Shown here piece by piece: positions 33,725-44,100 of a DNA stretch of 64,000 nt. The position numbers and the translations under genes are program-made. Source of the DNA: a virus; the IMG/VR virus record IMGVR_UViG_3300037308_000217, positions 1 through 64,000 of that record. One strand, 5' to 3'. The notes below the pieces were generated by a model. It did not search any database and was not told the origin of the DNA. It worked only from the letters and a program-made list of their open reading frames with translations. Numbering within the stretch: the first letter of the stretch is position 1; each line of letters starts with the position of its first letter.

Positions 33725-34028
33725 CGGCCACCTCTGCTGGAGCCGGCGGTGCCTCGGGGGCCTTCCGGGCCGCCAGGATCTCCTTGGTCGTCTGGACCAT
33801 CTTGCTGCCCAGGTTGTAGCCGGCCAGAGTCAGCAGCATGGAGAACATGTCCCCCGGCAGCCCCTTGCCCTCGGCGCCCCCCAGGAACGGCGCCCACATC
33901 CAGAACGCCAGCCCGAACAGGATCAGGAATGCCAAGCGGCCCAGGCTGACAAAGGCGCCCTGGCCATTCTCACCGCAGACCAGGCTTCCACCGTACTTCC
34001 AGATCGCGCTCTTGATCGTCTCCCACAT
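33705..34028 (-). CDS. Holin-like small membrane protein
   Basis: The ATG at 34028 follows AGGAGGCTTGTG. It has 2-3 hydrophobic segments (LAFLILFGLAFWMWAPFLG, MFSMLLTLAGY) and a charged tail. Confidence 0.45.
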   Translation of the reverse strand: MWETIKSAIWKYGGSLVCGENGQGAFVSLGRLAFLILFGLAFWMWAPFLGGAEGKGLPGDMFSMLLTLAGYNLGSKMVQTTKEILAARKAPEAPPAPAEVADAPVAG

Positions 34029-34041
34029 CACAAGCCTCCTG

Positions 34042-36321
34042 TCAGCTCGGGGACATCTCATGGCACTTCCGGTTGAGCGGCTCGATGTAGCCCGCCATCC
34101 GACCTTGCAGCGACCGGGATGTCGCCGTGACTGCGCTGCGGTGGTAGTGAATCCACAAGTCGTGCGTGGCGCGCTCGATCATCACCTGGACCTGCCCGCT
34201 GCTCTCGCGGATGGTGGCGGTGGCCACACCTTCCACATCGCAGTACCCCGCGACTGGGGTGTCCAGGGTGCCATCGTGCTTACCATGGTGCACTTGGAAG
34301 TTGGACAGCGCTGCTGACCCCCCGACCAACACCTGGCCCAGATTCAGGACAATCCCGATGGCGCTGGTGTAAGGGGCAGTGGTGCTGTGCGGGACGTAGT
34401 TGGACACATCCACATCCGGATTGGCGGCAGTCAGGTCCGTATCTTCGATCACATGGTCAGCGAGAGCCCCGCCCAGGTGGTCGTCAATGAAAACGATGTC
34501 TCCGCTGCGCGCAAAGGGCAGGATGTACTGGGTGCCCGCGGAGACGTAGCGGTAGTAGAACGACCCGACGAAAACATAGTCCTCTCGGGCATAGGACCCT
34601 TCCGGAGTCTCCGCAGCCGCCAGATGGCCGAACTCGGGCGGATACATGCTGAGCATACAGTAGGCGAGGCCGGGCCGGCAGAACGCCCAGCACCAGCGGT
34701 TTCCGGACGGCGCACCTCCAGACAGCCAGTTGGCTGCACTGGTCACATCGACCAGGCCAGCTGCGGTCAGCTCGATCTTCTTGCCGTTGGCGAAACCGAC
34801 GCCCCTGTTGATCTTGATCTTGCGGCCGGGGTTGTTAATACCGTCGTTCCGGACGTAGCTGACCGCCAGCCCGTTGACCACCCAGCTCTCGTGATTCCCA
34901 TCGACCCATTGCTTGAGGTGGTAGAAGTCCTCGCCATTCAGCCACTGCATCGTGCCTGTGGCATCGGCCAGCCCTTCCTTGCCCCCGCTGGTCCCGTCCT
35001 TGCCCGCAGCCCAGCGGCGGACCGATGACCCGACCCCCCAGACGAAGGTTTCGAGCAGCTTGTTGGTCTTGTCCCAGCGTGTGTAATCGTAGGACGGTGC
35101 CCAGTCCAACAGGGGATTTCCGGAAGTGTAATCGCAGTGCACCGAGAACTCGAAAGCGCCCAGCTCATTGCCGTAGGTCGTGCCATAGCCGCGATCGAAA
35201 TTCATATTCCGGTGGCCATAGATCGCATACTGCCCCAGCTCAAACTGAGTCTGGCCTGCGGCCTGGAATTTCATGCGGCTCGCGGTGCCGTTGCTGTAAT
35301 ACTCGACCCAACCCGAAAAGCTGTCCCCCTCGCTGGTGAATAGCTGCTTGAACGTATCGCCCGTGTACTGGTGGCGGACTCGATTGCGGCCGACGTTGAG
35401 AACCTCCAACAGCGCCGACACGCCATCGTAGACGTGGAACGCCCAGGTGAAATTGGCCCGGTCGTACCGCAGCTTGTTGTTGTCGCCATCGCCTTGCAGG
35501 TCACCGTAGCCGGTCGAGAACTTCATACAGAAGTTGGGATCGCCCACCGCCGCCGTGTCCGGAGCCGCGGCTGCCTCGAAACCGACGTTGATGCCCGTCC
35601 GCCAGCTGCACTGGTCGAAACCGGCCTCCCACCACTTCGTCGCTCCACCCTTGACCTCTTGGAAGGTCTTGCGGACCATGTCGCAGAACGTCCGGAAGTC
35701 CTGGATGCCGTAGAGTGCGCGGTCGCTGTTGCGGTCGGTCCCACTGCCCCAAGTCGGACTGTAGGAGGTGGCGACCCGGCCCTCGAAATAGAAGTTGCGG
35801 TCATCGGTGATGGTCATTGCCGGCAGCACCACTTCACCGATCTTGAACCACTCACCACCCGGGTCCAGAACCTCGACCCGCAGCGACCAGTCCGCCTTGT
35901 AGCGGGTGGCGATGACCTGGGTGTACTCGGTGCCAGCGCCGGCCGGATTCCAGAAGATGCGGCTGCCGTTCTCGGCCGCGACGTGATCGAACTTGATGTA
36001 GATGCCATAGGTGCCCGCGGCGAAGCCGGTCAGGTCCAGGATGCGCAGCGCCTCGCCCTCGGCCGTGATGTACGCCTGGCGGATCTGCGCCCCGACCCTG
36101 CACGGCAGGATGGCAGCGCCCCGGGTCACCTGGAGCTGACTGCCCGCCGGATTGGTGATGGCGAAGCCTCTGACAATCCAGGATTGCTGCACCCCGGGCT
36201 TGGTCAGGAGCTGATCGACAACCTGGCGTCCACTCTCGACGACGGATTCACCCGCCGCAAACTCGAAATCCTCCAGGTCAACGCGCTCGTTTTCCTGCAC
36301 CCGGATAATGCTCGTCGCCAT
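34042..36321 (-). CDS. Tail fibre or baseplate-distal structural protein
   Basis: 759-aa ORF at the distal end of the tail module. No enzymatic motif was recognised. Confidence 0.6.
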   Translation of the reverse strand: MATSIIRVQENERVDLEDFEFAAGESVVESGRQVVDQLLTKPGVQQSWIVRGFAITNPAGSQLQVTRGAAILPCRVGAQIRQAYITAEGEALRILDLTGFAAGTYGIYIKFDHVAAENGSRIFWNPAGAGTEYTQVIATRYKADWSLRVEVLDPGGEWFKIGEVVLPAMTITDDRNFYFEGRVATSYSPTWGSGTDRNSDRALYGIQDFRTFCDMVRKTFQEVKGGATKWWEAGFDQCSWRTGINVGFEAAAAPDTAAVGDPNFCMKFSTGYGDLQGDGDNNKLRYDRANFTWAFHVYDGVSALLEVLNVGRNRVRHQYTGDTFKQLFTSEGDSFSGWVEYYSNGTASRMKFQAAGQTQFELGQYAIYGHRNMNFDRGYGTTYGNELGAFEFSVHCDYTSGNPLLDWAPSYDYTRWDKTNKLLETFVWGVGSSVRRWAAGKDGTSGGKEGLADATGTMQWLNGEDFYHLKQWVDGNHESWVVNGLAVSYVRNDGINNPGRKIKINRGVGFANGKKIELTAAGLVDVTSAANWLSGGAPSGNRWCWAFCRPGLAYCMLSMYPPEFGHLAAAETPEGSYAREDYVFVGSFYYRYVSAGTQYILPFARSGDIVFIDDHLGGALADHVIEDTDLTAANPDVDVSNYVPHSTTAPYTSAIGIVLNLGQVLVGGSAALSNFQVHHGKHDGTLDTPVAGYCDVEGVATATIRESSGQVQVMIERATHDLWIHYHRSAVTATSRSLQGRMAGYIEPLNRKCHEMSPS

Positions 36322-36328
36322 GTTGTCC

Positions 36329-39300
36329 TCACACGAACTCGACTTCGCAAATCACGCCCGCAACCGTGAGCTGGTCGAGGTAGTAGATCAGGAAATGCCA
36401 GGGTTTGGCCAGGTACAGCGGATAGTAGTCCCACCCGGATGGCACCTCGGGCGTGTTCTGGACCGTGGGGTCCCGCAACAGCTGGGCGCTGTAGACCTGC
36501 GTGGCCTTGACCGCCAGCACGCGCAAGTAGGACAGGGTGGTGATGGGCAGCGGATTCCGGAGCGTGAGCGCCGTGCCCGCGAAGGACCCCGCATGGGACA
36601 GCACCCAGTCCAGCCCGGTTTCGTTCTCAAAAGCCGGGTGGACCTGCCAGTCCAGGTCGGGCTCAGAGGCAAACGACGCCCCGAACACCTCGCAGATGTT
36701 GGTTTCCTCGGGGACCTGAGTGGCCATGGTGGCCATATCTAGCAGGGTGCCCGGCTTCAGCAGCTTGGTGATGGTCCAGGAGCCGTTGTTCCCCAGGCTC
36801 GACCCGCTGAGCTGGAGCACCTTCCCCAGGTCATCCGGAAATCTCAAGCCAGGCCGGTCCAACACCACGCGCAGCGGGTTTGCGGAGTTGACCGTCGCCC
36901 CGTGCCGCAAGATGCCCTCGACCCGCACGACCTGGTTGCTGACCACCTCAGCAATCCGGAAGGACCCGTTTGCGTTGCCGCCATCGGCGTTGGCCACGAC
37001 CGACCCCTGGACCTCAAAGGTCTTGCCCACGTCGAGCGACGCATTGAAGGACCCCGGGATGCCGGTGTCGAACCGGGTCGGCCAAGTGTACTGGGTCACG
37101 CCAGCGCTGCCGCGGGTCGCCCAGTAGTCGGTCAGGGTCTTGGCCCCAAAGTAGACCGCCTTCACGTCGAGGATCGGTGCTGCCGGTAGCGCTGCCGCCA
37201 GATTGCCGAACTCGACCTTGTGGTCGGTGGTCGTGGGGAACGCCGTGTAATCCCGGTCCAGGATAGAGACTTCCCACCCGTTGAGCACCAGGCGGACTTT
37301 CCCCCTCGCGGTTTTCTTGAAACCAACCTCGAAAAATGCTGACCCCCTCAGCGCTGTCAGCTGCGTTCCAATCGCAGCCCCGGTGAACACGTCAATGAAG
37401 CCCAGGGAGTAGTGCGTGGCGTCGATGTGCGCGACCCCCAGCGCGATAGCCCGCTCGGTGTCGTGCATGGCCAGGCAGATTTGCCGGCGATTGGAGGGGT
37501 CCAGCGTGCCCGCCAGTGGGATCTGCATGACCATCGAACAGCAGGCTTCGCTCTCGGGCTGGATGCGCGCCAGGTGCCTGTAGTAGGCCGGCCCGACCGA
37601 TTGGATCTCGGTCCACTGGCCGGGGAGCTGGGTCACCTCGGTCGCCTCATTGGCGCCCTGGAAAGCCCACAGCTGCGTCCCTGGCGGGGTCTGGGTGGGG
37701 TACTCGATTTCGTAGTCCGCAGACGGCTTGGCAGACCTGCAATCGGTGTCCACCAGCTCGTCCTTCCAGCGGACCCCGCCCACCCCCAGCGGCGTATCGG
37801 CCACCGTGATGGCATCGTCGGCTGTGGCCGGCGCCATCTCCCCGCCTTCCAGGTACGACTTGCCCACCGGGCTCGCGCTGACCATGAGGGACTGCGGGAG
37901 CAGGATCTTGACCAAGCAGGGGTTGTTGATCAAGTCCTCGACGATCTCGAAATTCCCAACCCCCAGCAGCTCGGTCAGGAGCTGCTCGATCGACCAGATG
38001 GTCCCCCTGGGAGCGTAGGCCAGGGTCTTGATGATTTTCCGGAAGTCGTCGTCGCCGACTCCAGCGGCTCGGTTGATACCCAGGTTCCGGCCAACCGCAT
38101 CCAAGTCGGAATCCCCGGCGTACTCCACCAGGAACGCCCGCCGCAGCTGGTCGAGCCGGCTCCAGCTCTTGGACAGGTCGAGCACACCCGCGCCCGCCTT
38201 GTGCAGCTGTCGGATGCCCGGGATCACCGCACCGTTGTCCAGGTAGTAGATCCCGGTCAGGGTGATCGGGGTCTTGCCCGTGTAGCGGTAGGCGATGCCG
38301 TCGATCCCGACCTTGCCCGCGGCCGGCCAATCCAGCGTGGTTTCCACCCGTAGGGTGGTCGCGCCCGCAACCTCCGGGTCCGTCAACCGGGTTGCCCGGA
38401 TGCCGCCGAGCATCTCGCCGATGGTCGAGGTGTAGCCGCGCAGGAATCCGAAATCCTTGACCGAGAGCAGCGGCCCCAGCGAGGTCGTGAAGGACCAGGG
38501 GTAGGACGCCGAAAGTCCGGAATAGTCCTCGATGTAGATGCTGCACGCGACGGTGGCGGCCGCCGTGAAGTCCGGATGGGTGACCTCGCAGTGCCACCCG
38601 TTCACGATAGCCGTTGGGGTCAGCCCGAAACCCGGCTGGGCCACGCCGTTCACCACCGCCGGCACGCTCTCGATGACGACATCCAGAGTGGCCAGGTCGA
38701 TTCCGGAGCCGGTGTCGATCAGGTTGAACTCGACCACGCGGTCGAGCAGCACGTTGGCACCGGTCGGCGCAACCCCGGTGATGATGGGGGCAGTCGAGTC
38801 CTCGGTTGTGAAGGACCAGGACAAGCTCGCCGGATTGCCCGCCACGTCCTGGGTCTGCACGCTCACCAGGAAAGGGGTCAGATCGGCCAGATTGCCGTTT
38901 TTCTTGATCCAGAACTTGTACCCCGGGAAGGACTCCGGAGGGGCTGTCAGCACGGTGATGTAGCTGGCAGCATCCCAACCCGCCTGGAAGCCATCGTCTG
39001 GGGAGCCGGTGCCGTCCCAGTCGTAGACCGTGACCCCGTTGACCTCGACCACGGTGTTGACCAGGTCGATTCCGGAGCCGTCATCGGTGGCCTTGAACTC
39101 GATCCAGCTGCCCACCGGCACGTCGATCCCGGTCGGGGTGTTGGCGAAGATGGTCGGGTTGACGCTGTCCTCGGTCTGGAAAGACCAGGAGAACTCGGCC
39201 ATGACGTTGGGGAGGGGAGCCAAGTCCTGAGCGTTGACCTTCACGGGGATCGAGACGTAGTTGGGCAGGTCGGTTGCGGGGTTGATGGTCACCCGCCAGG

Positions 39301-39538
39301 TGCCCCCACCGATGTCGGTAATCGACCCGGAAAAGCCGGCCTGGAAAACCCCACCCAGGACGGCAGCCACGCCATTGACGGTCACGCCGATCGAAGCCGT
39401 ATCCACACCCAGCTCGTCATCCCAGAGGTCGATGACGATGTCGGTGTCCCGGGCGACGCCCACGCCCGTAGGCGAATGCGCTGTCACCGCAGGCGGGGTG
39501 ATGTCGGTCGAGAACTCGCCGAAAAAGAGGTCGGACAC
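36329..39538 (-). CDS. Large fibre/baseplate protein with three N-terminal Ig-like (Big_5/SbsA-type) repeats
   Basis: Three modules of about 110 aa each contain PTG...V...GSGID/VD...V.VNGV and end in SWSFxTED. The GTG start at 39538 follows GGAGTAGCTCC. Confidence 0.65.
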   Translation of the reverse strand: MSDLFFGEFSTDITPPAVTAHSPTGVGVARDTDIVIDLWDDELGVDTASIGVTVNGVAAVLGGVFQAGFSGSITDIGGGTWRVTINPATDLPNYVSIPVKVNAQDLAPLPNVMAEFSWSFQTEDSVNPTIFANTPTGIDVPVGSWIEFKATDDGSGIDLVNTVVEVNGVTVYDWDGTGSPDDGFQAGWDAASYITVLTAPPESFPGYKFWIKKNGNLADLTPFLVSVQTQDVAGNPASLSWSFTTEDSTAPIITGVAPTGANVLLDRVVEFNLIDTGSGIDLATLDVVIESVPAVVNGVAQPGFGLTPTAIVNGWHCEVTHPDFTAAATVACSIYIEDYSGLSASYPWSFTTSLGPLLSVKDFGFLRGYTSTIGEMLGGIRATRLTDPEVAGATTLRVETTLDWPAAGKVGIDGIAYRYTGKTPITLTGIYYLDNGAVIPGIRQLHKAGAGVLDLSKSWSRLDQLRRAFLVEYAGDSDLDAVGRNLGINRAAGVGDDDFRKIIKTLAYAPRGTIWSIEQLLTELLGVGNFEIVEDLINNPCLVKILLPQSLMVSASPVGKSYLEGGEMAPATADDAITVADTPLGVGGVRWKDELVDTDCRSAKPSADYEIEYPTQTPPGTQLWAFQGANEATEVTQLPGQWTEIQSVGPAYYRHLARIQPESEACCSMVMQIPLAGTLDPSNRRQICLAMHDTERAIALGVAHIDATHYSLGFIDVFTGAAIGTQLTALRGSAFFEVGFKKTARGKVRLVLNGWEVSILDRDYTAFPTTTDHKVEFGNLAAALPAAPILDVKAVYFGAKTLTDYWATRGSAGVTQYTWPTRFDTGIPGSFNASLDVGKTFEVQGSVVANADGGNANGSFRIAEVVSNQVVRVEGILRHGATVNSANPLRVVLDRPGLRFPDDLGKVLQLSGSSLGNNGSWTITKLLKPGTLLDMATMATQVPEETNICEVFGASFASEPDLDWQVHPAFENETGLDWVLSHAGSFAGTALTLRNPLPITTLSYLRVLAVKATQVYSAQLLRDPTVQNTPEVPSGWDYYPLYLAKPWHFLIYYLDQLTVAGVICEVEFV

Positions 39539-39542
39539 GGAG

Positions 39543-39785
39543 CTACTCCAGCCAGATAGTGCCTTCGGCCCCAGTGGTGCCCGGCGTACCGCCCGCAGCG
39601 GTCACGGCCTGGTCAAACCGCGCCTGGAGCGTGTTGACCTCCGGATGAAACCCCCGCACGTCCAGCACGGCCCCGGGCGCGATCGAAACCACGCTTGCGG
39701 AAAGGTCTACTTGCTCCCAGATCGCGAGCAAGTCCAGGCACAACGCGCGATCCATACCGTTGTGGATCTTGTACGCCACCATCAC
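39543..39785 (-). CDS. Small structural-module protein
   Basis: 80-aa ORF coupled to its neighbours. Confidence 0.5.
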   Translation of the reverse strand: MMVAYKIHNGMDRALCLDLLAIWEQVDLSASVVSIAPGAVLDVRGFHPEVNTLQARFDQAVTAAGGTPGTTGAEGTIWLE

Positions 39786-41173
39786 AGCCTCCCGTAGGCC
39801 CTATCGGCAAGGTCAGCGACCAAAACAGCCGTGCCGTGCGCAGCCTGCTCGACCAGGACATCGCCCGGCCGCAGTCCAAGAGTCGTGGTCAAGGTCGTGA
39901 ACCACGGATAGGTTCCGCCGGCTTGGGCGTGGTCATCGTTGGCAGTGGTCCAGGAGCCGGATTCAGATACCACCCAGGTCTGCCGGATGGTAAACACGCT
40001 TCCGGAAGCCCCTGAAATGATGTAGACCCCGTTGTAGTTGGCGGTCCCTGAGATCGTGACCATAGCCCCATTGGCCAGGCCGTGTGCTCCGGCAGTTGTG
40101 ACCTGCAAATACCCCCCACCCGAATCGGAAAACGACAGGATGGACCCGCTGGCCCCAGCCAGGTAGGGGATGGTGGAGCGCCACTTGACGGGGACGGAAG
40201 TGCCGTTGACCACGATGGCCGATGATGCCTTGTCCCCCCAGATGTGCCGGATGCCCACCATGTTGACGAAATTGGACTTGAGCCCGTCCAGGCGCTCCTG
40301 GCTCAGGTAATGGTTGTAGGTGCCGTCATAGTACCCAAACCACACCTTCCCCGCAGCGTCGAACCCCCAGGACACGTTCCCGGCCATGATCGTCGAGGTT
40401 GGCCCCAGCCCTTCCGGGATGACCGTGCTCTCGATAGTGATGGCCCCTGCGCTCGCATTCCAGTCCGCCACTGACCCAGCCACCCCATTCAGCGCCACCA
40501 GGCCGTACCCCGCGAAGGGCACCGCATTGGCCGTCACGACCAGGTGCCTGGTATTACCGGTCTGGTCGGTGAAGGCGATCGGGAATCCCGGGGCTGCCGC
40601 TTCCCGGCATGAATGCAGGAACACCGGGGATGCTCCCACACGGAGGGGCAGGGCAACGCCCGCGTTGTGCGAGTGCACGCCCAGATACCGGAAAATGTGG
40701 GGCGCTTTCTGGACATCGTCTTGCAGCGACAGGGCGTAATTGGGGGACGACAGCAGAGGTGAGTCGGTCCCCGCGATCCCTTTCCGGAATCGCAGCCCTG
40801 CGCTGCGGACGTACAGGAACAGCAAGTTGGGCAGCAGCGCTGGAGCCTGCCCCTGCTGGAGCAGCGTCGTGTCGGTGACCAGCACGCTGCTGGCGAAGTT
40901 GAAGATGAAATACTTGACCGAGTCCTGGGTGGAGTAGAACACCGCCACTTGGTCGGCGGCAGCTTCTGCGATGTCGAAAGCGGTCACATAATCGGCCGCA
41001 ACCGGCAGCTCAAACGACACGGCCAAGTCATGCCGCTGCGCAATGAACTTGTTGCCCGCCGGGGTGTCGATCGTCCAGACTGCAAACACCTTGCCCAACC
41101 CAGAGCAATAGATCCCGTGGGGGATCAGCGCTCCGGAGCGGCTCGACAGCTGGGCTGGGGTCGTCAGGGCCAT
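39782..41173 (-). CDS. Structural protein carrying a G-x-V-x-I-x-GT-x-x-YNG-x-Y module
   Basis: 463 aa. It contains ANGAMVTISGTANYNGVYIISGASGSVFTI, a module shared with the 1853-aa protein. Confidence 0.6.
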   Translation of the reverse strand: MALTTPAQLSSRSGALIPHGIYCSGLGKVFAVWTIDTPAGNKFIAQRHDLAVSFELPVAADYVTAFDIAEAAADQVAVFYSTQDSVKYFIFNFASSVLVTDTTLLQQGQAPALLPNLLFLYVRSAGLRFRKGIAGTDSPLLSSPNYALSLQDDVQKAPHIFRYLGVHSHNAGVALPLRVGASPVFLHSCREAAAPGFPIAFTDQTGNTRHLVVTANAVPFAGYGLVALNGVAGSVADWNASAGAITIESTVIPEGLGPTSTIMAGNVSWGFDAAGKVWFGYYDGTYNHYLSQERLDGLKSNFVNMVGIRHIWGDKASSAIVVNGTSVPVKWRSTIPYLAGASGSILSFSDSGGGYLQVTTAGAHGLANGAMVTISGTANYNGVYIISGASGSVFTIRQTWVVSESGSWTTANDDHAQAGGTYPWFTTLTTTLGLRPGDVLVEQAAHGTAVLVADLADRAYGRL

Positions 41174-41174
41174 G

Positions 41175-44100
41175 TTACGCCGGTTCCTTCAGCGTGACCT
41201 GGCAGCGGACGAAACGGGTCTGGATGTCCCGCCGCCGGCAGATTTTCCACATGAAGTTTTCGCTCAGCGGGATTTCGTCCTCATAGACCTCGATCACCGT
41301 CGATGCCCCACTGGAGATGCTCTTGATCTTGAACCACTTGCGGTAGGTGGCATTCACCGATCCGTTGTAGAGCAGGAGCCAGTCCGCGCCGGTGTACTTC
41401 CAGCTTGCCACCACAGGGCTGATCGTGACGGTGTCATTCCAGCCGTCGCCATCGGTATCGGCTCCGGATGCGGCCGTGCGGGACCCCGCATCTTCGCCGC
41501 CCACGGTGAACTGCGCTCCATCGGCTACCGCCAGGATGCCGTAGAACTCATCCATGCCCGCATTGAAACCGGTGTCGAAGTTGGCGCTATTCACCCACCA
41601 GCTGTCGTCACGGTACGGGGTATGAAACTTGGTGAAGGGCCGTTCGATCTTGAAGTGGCTAGCGACCGCCAGCGGGATGCTGGGGGAAACCACTTGGAGG
41701 AAACCGCTATTCACGTCCTTGATCTCATAGGACATGACCGTCAGCGGCCGGCCCAGGTAGGGGAAAACGGTGGTCGCGTCGTCAAACCGGAGGAAATCCC
41801 CGGGACCGAAATTTGCGACTTGGTACGGCACGCTGACCTGGCCCTTATCCCAGGTCCCGGTCTGGCTCGACACATAAGCGGCCCCCACCTCAAACGAAAC
41901 GCCGGCCACGGCATTGACCACAGCGTACTGGCCGTTGTAGTTGGTGGTGCCCGTGACAGTGACCGCATCCCCGTTGACCAGGGTGTGCCCCGCCGAATTG
42001 AATACCGCCTGCCCGCCATTGTCGGTGACCGAAGTGATGCTTCCGGTCGCCAAGCTGGAGAACGTCCGATCGACAGTGATCCGGGTGCCGGTCGTCTGCC
42101 CCGTGATCGTCATCCAGCCAGTGTAACTTCCGCCCGTCACTTGGGCGCGGGGGCATCTGATCTTTTTCCCGACCCATGCGATCAGGAAATTGGTCGATGT
42201 GGATTCGACGATGCTGGTGCCCGCGTAAAAGCGCACGACGGGGAGGCTGCTCTCGAAAATGGTTTCACCGGACACGCTGAGCAGGTCGGTGAAATTCCCG
42301 TAGCCGTTGGCGACACCAGTGGCATTCGCCACGGAGTCGAACAGGATCGCCCGGGGCTCGACACGGCACGCCAGGTAGTCGGGATCATCCCGATCCGATG
42401 GCATGAGTGCCGCAGGAGCCAAGGGCACGAAGCTGCTGTCGAATAGGGCCATAGTAGCGGGCTGGGCATAGTAGCCACCCACCGCATTCGGATTCTCCCG
42501 GTGCACCTTCCAGAAGCAGCGCCGCCGCTGGTGCTCGGGCAATGCCCTCAGATCGAAGATAATGGCCCGGGAAGCGCTATTGTCCGCAGGCCCCCAGTTT
42601 TGTGACCACGGATTCAACCCATGAGAATCGAAATACACGCCAGGATCGATGTACCCAGTTGCTCCGGACTTCTCGACCGGATCGTTGGCCGCCACGCCGT
42701 TGAATGCCTTGGTTTCCCTGACCAGGTCCCAGGTCTTGCCGTCGCGCGACGAGTAGAGCTTGTAGACCATTGACGGCATGAAGTAACCGGCATTCACGAA
42801 GTAGTTATCGTAGGAGACGTAGCCAGTCGCGGGGATGTTGCGCAGCCGCCATGCCAGATCGTTTTCATCGGCGGACCACACCGAGTCCAGGATCACCGTC
42901 GCGCTGGGGGAAGCCCCATCCAGAGCGGTGATAACCTTGGCCGTGTTGTTCCCCCCAGTAGCAGCGCCCTCGATCCGGATCGTTTTCCCCACGTCGGCGC
43001 TTGTGAAGATAGCGCCCTCATTGGCAGTCGCCTTGCCCACACCGGTCACGTTGAAAATGTCCAGGCCCGTCACAGCTCCAGACGCTTTCGCGTACTCGTC
43101 ATGGATGCGCAGCGTCACCGCATAGTGGGGGTTGGCGGGGTTGTTGAGCAAATGGGTGGAGAAATTCACCCCATAGTTGGTCTGGCCAGTGGCATTGTAG
43201 TGAGTTGCTTCCGCGATCCCGCGAACTGGGACAGGCCATGCCTGATCGTTGGCGTCATCAACGTAGCCGCCATCCCACCCGCCCACCATATTCCAAAGTG
43301 ATCCTATACCGCGTACCGGCTCGTCCAGCCGCAAGACCGTGGGCCTGGAGTGGCTGTCGATCTCATAGTGCGCAGTCATCGTGTTGTCTTTGATCCGACC
43401 CAGCGCAGCGACGAACGTCATGTTCTCGTCGATGACAAACTCGTCCGCTTGTGCCGTGCCCCCTCCCTGCTGGTCAAAGCGTGCAAGCAGCCCACATTCC
43501 ATCTCCATCGGGAAATCGTGCACCCGCTTGGTTCCGTGGCCGAGCCAGCCATCGCCGGGGACGTTTTCCGCATGGGGGCCACCAGCTGCATTCCGGAAAT
43601 CGCAATCTGCCCAAGTCTGATTCAGCGGGGCCATTTTCCAGCCCAATGATGTACCTCCCCAGCGGTAGGAAACCCAAGGCCAACAGGTGAGCATTCCCCC
43701 ATTTCGGGCTAGGACGGCATCGATGGTATCGGAGTTGAAATACCCCGCTACAAATTCAGTGGCGAGCCCCAGGCTGTCGAACTCGCTGGATAGGAGGGCA
43801 CTCCCGATCCAGCCGGGCCAGTATCCATCGGGGCTAACGGGGACAATGGCGCCTCCCACATAGCACGTCCCGAAATAGGTGGTGTTGACGGGCTTGACAT
43901 CGGTGAAGATTCGGCCGTAGTACGGTGAGCCTGGACCGTTGTTGGACGACCTCCAGAAGATGTATATCTGGCCCGTCTTGGGTTCTTGGATGATTCGGGG
44001 GCCATTAAGAGTCGCGCCCCCGGTCGGTACCACCATCGCAGTAGGCCAGTTGTTGGCTCCGACGCTCCTGTGGTAGCGGGTGATGGAGGGGGTAGCCCAG

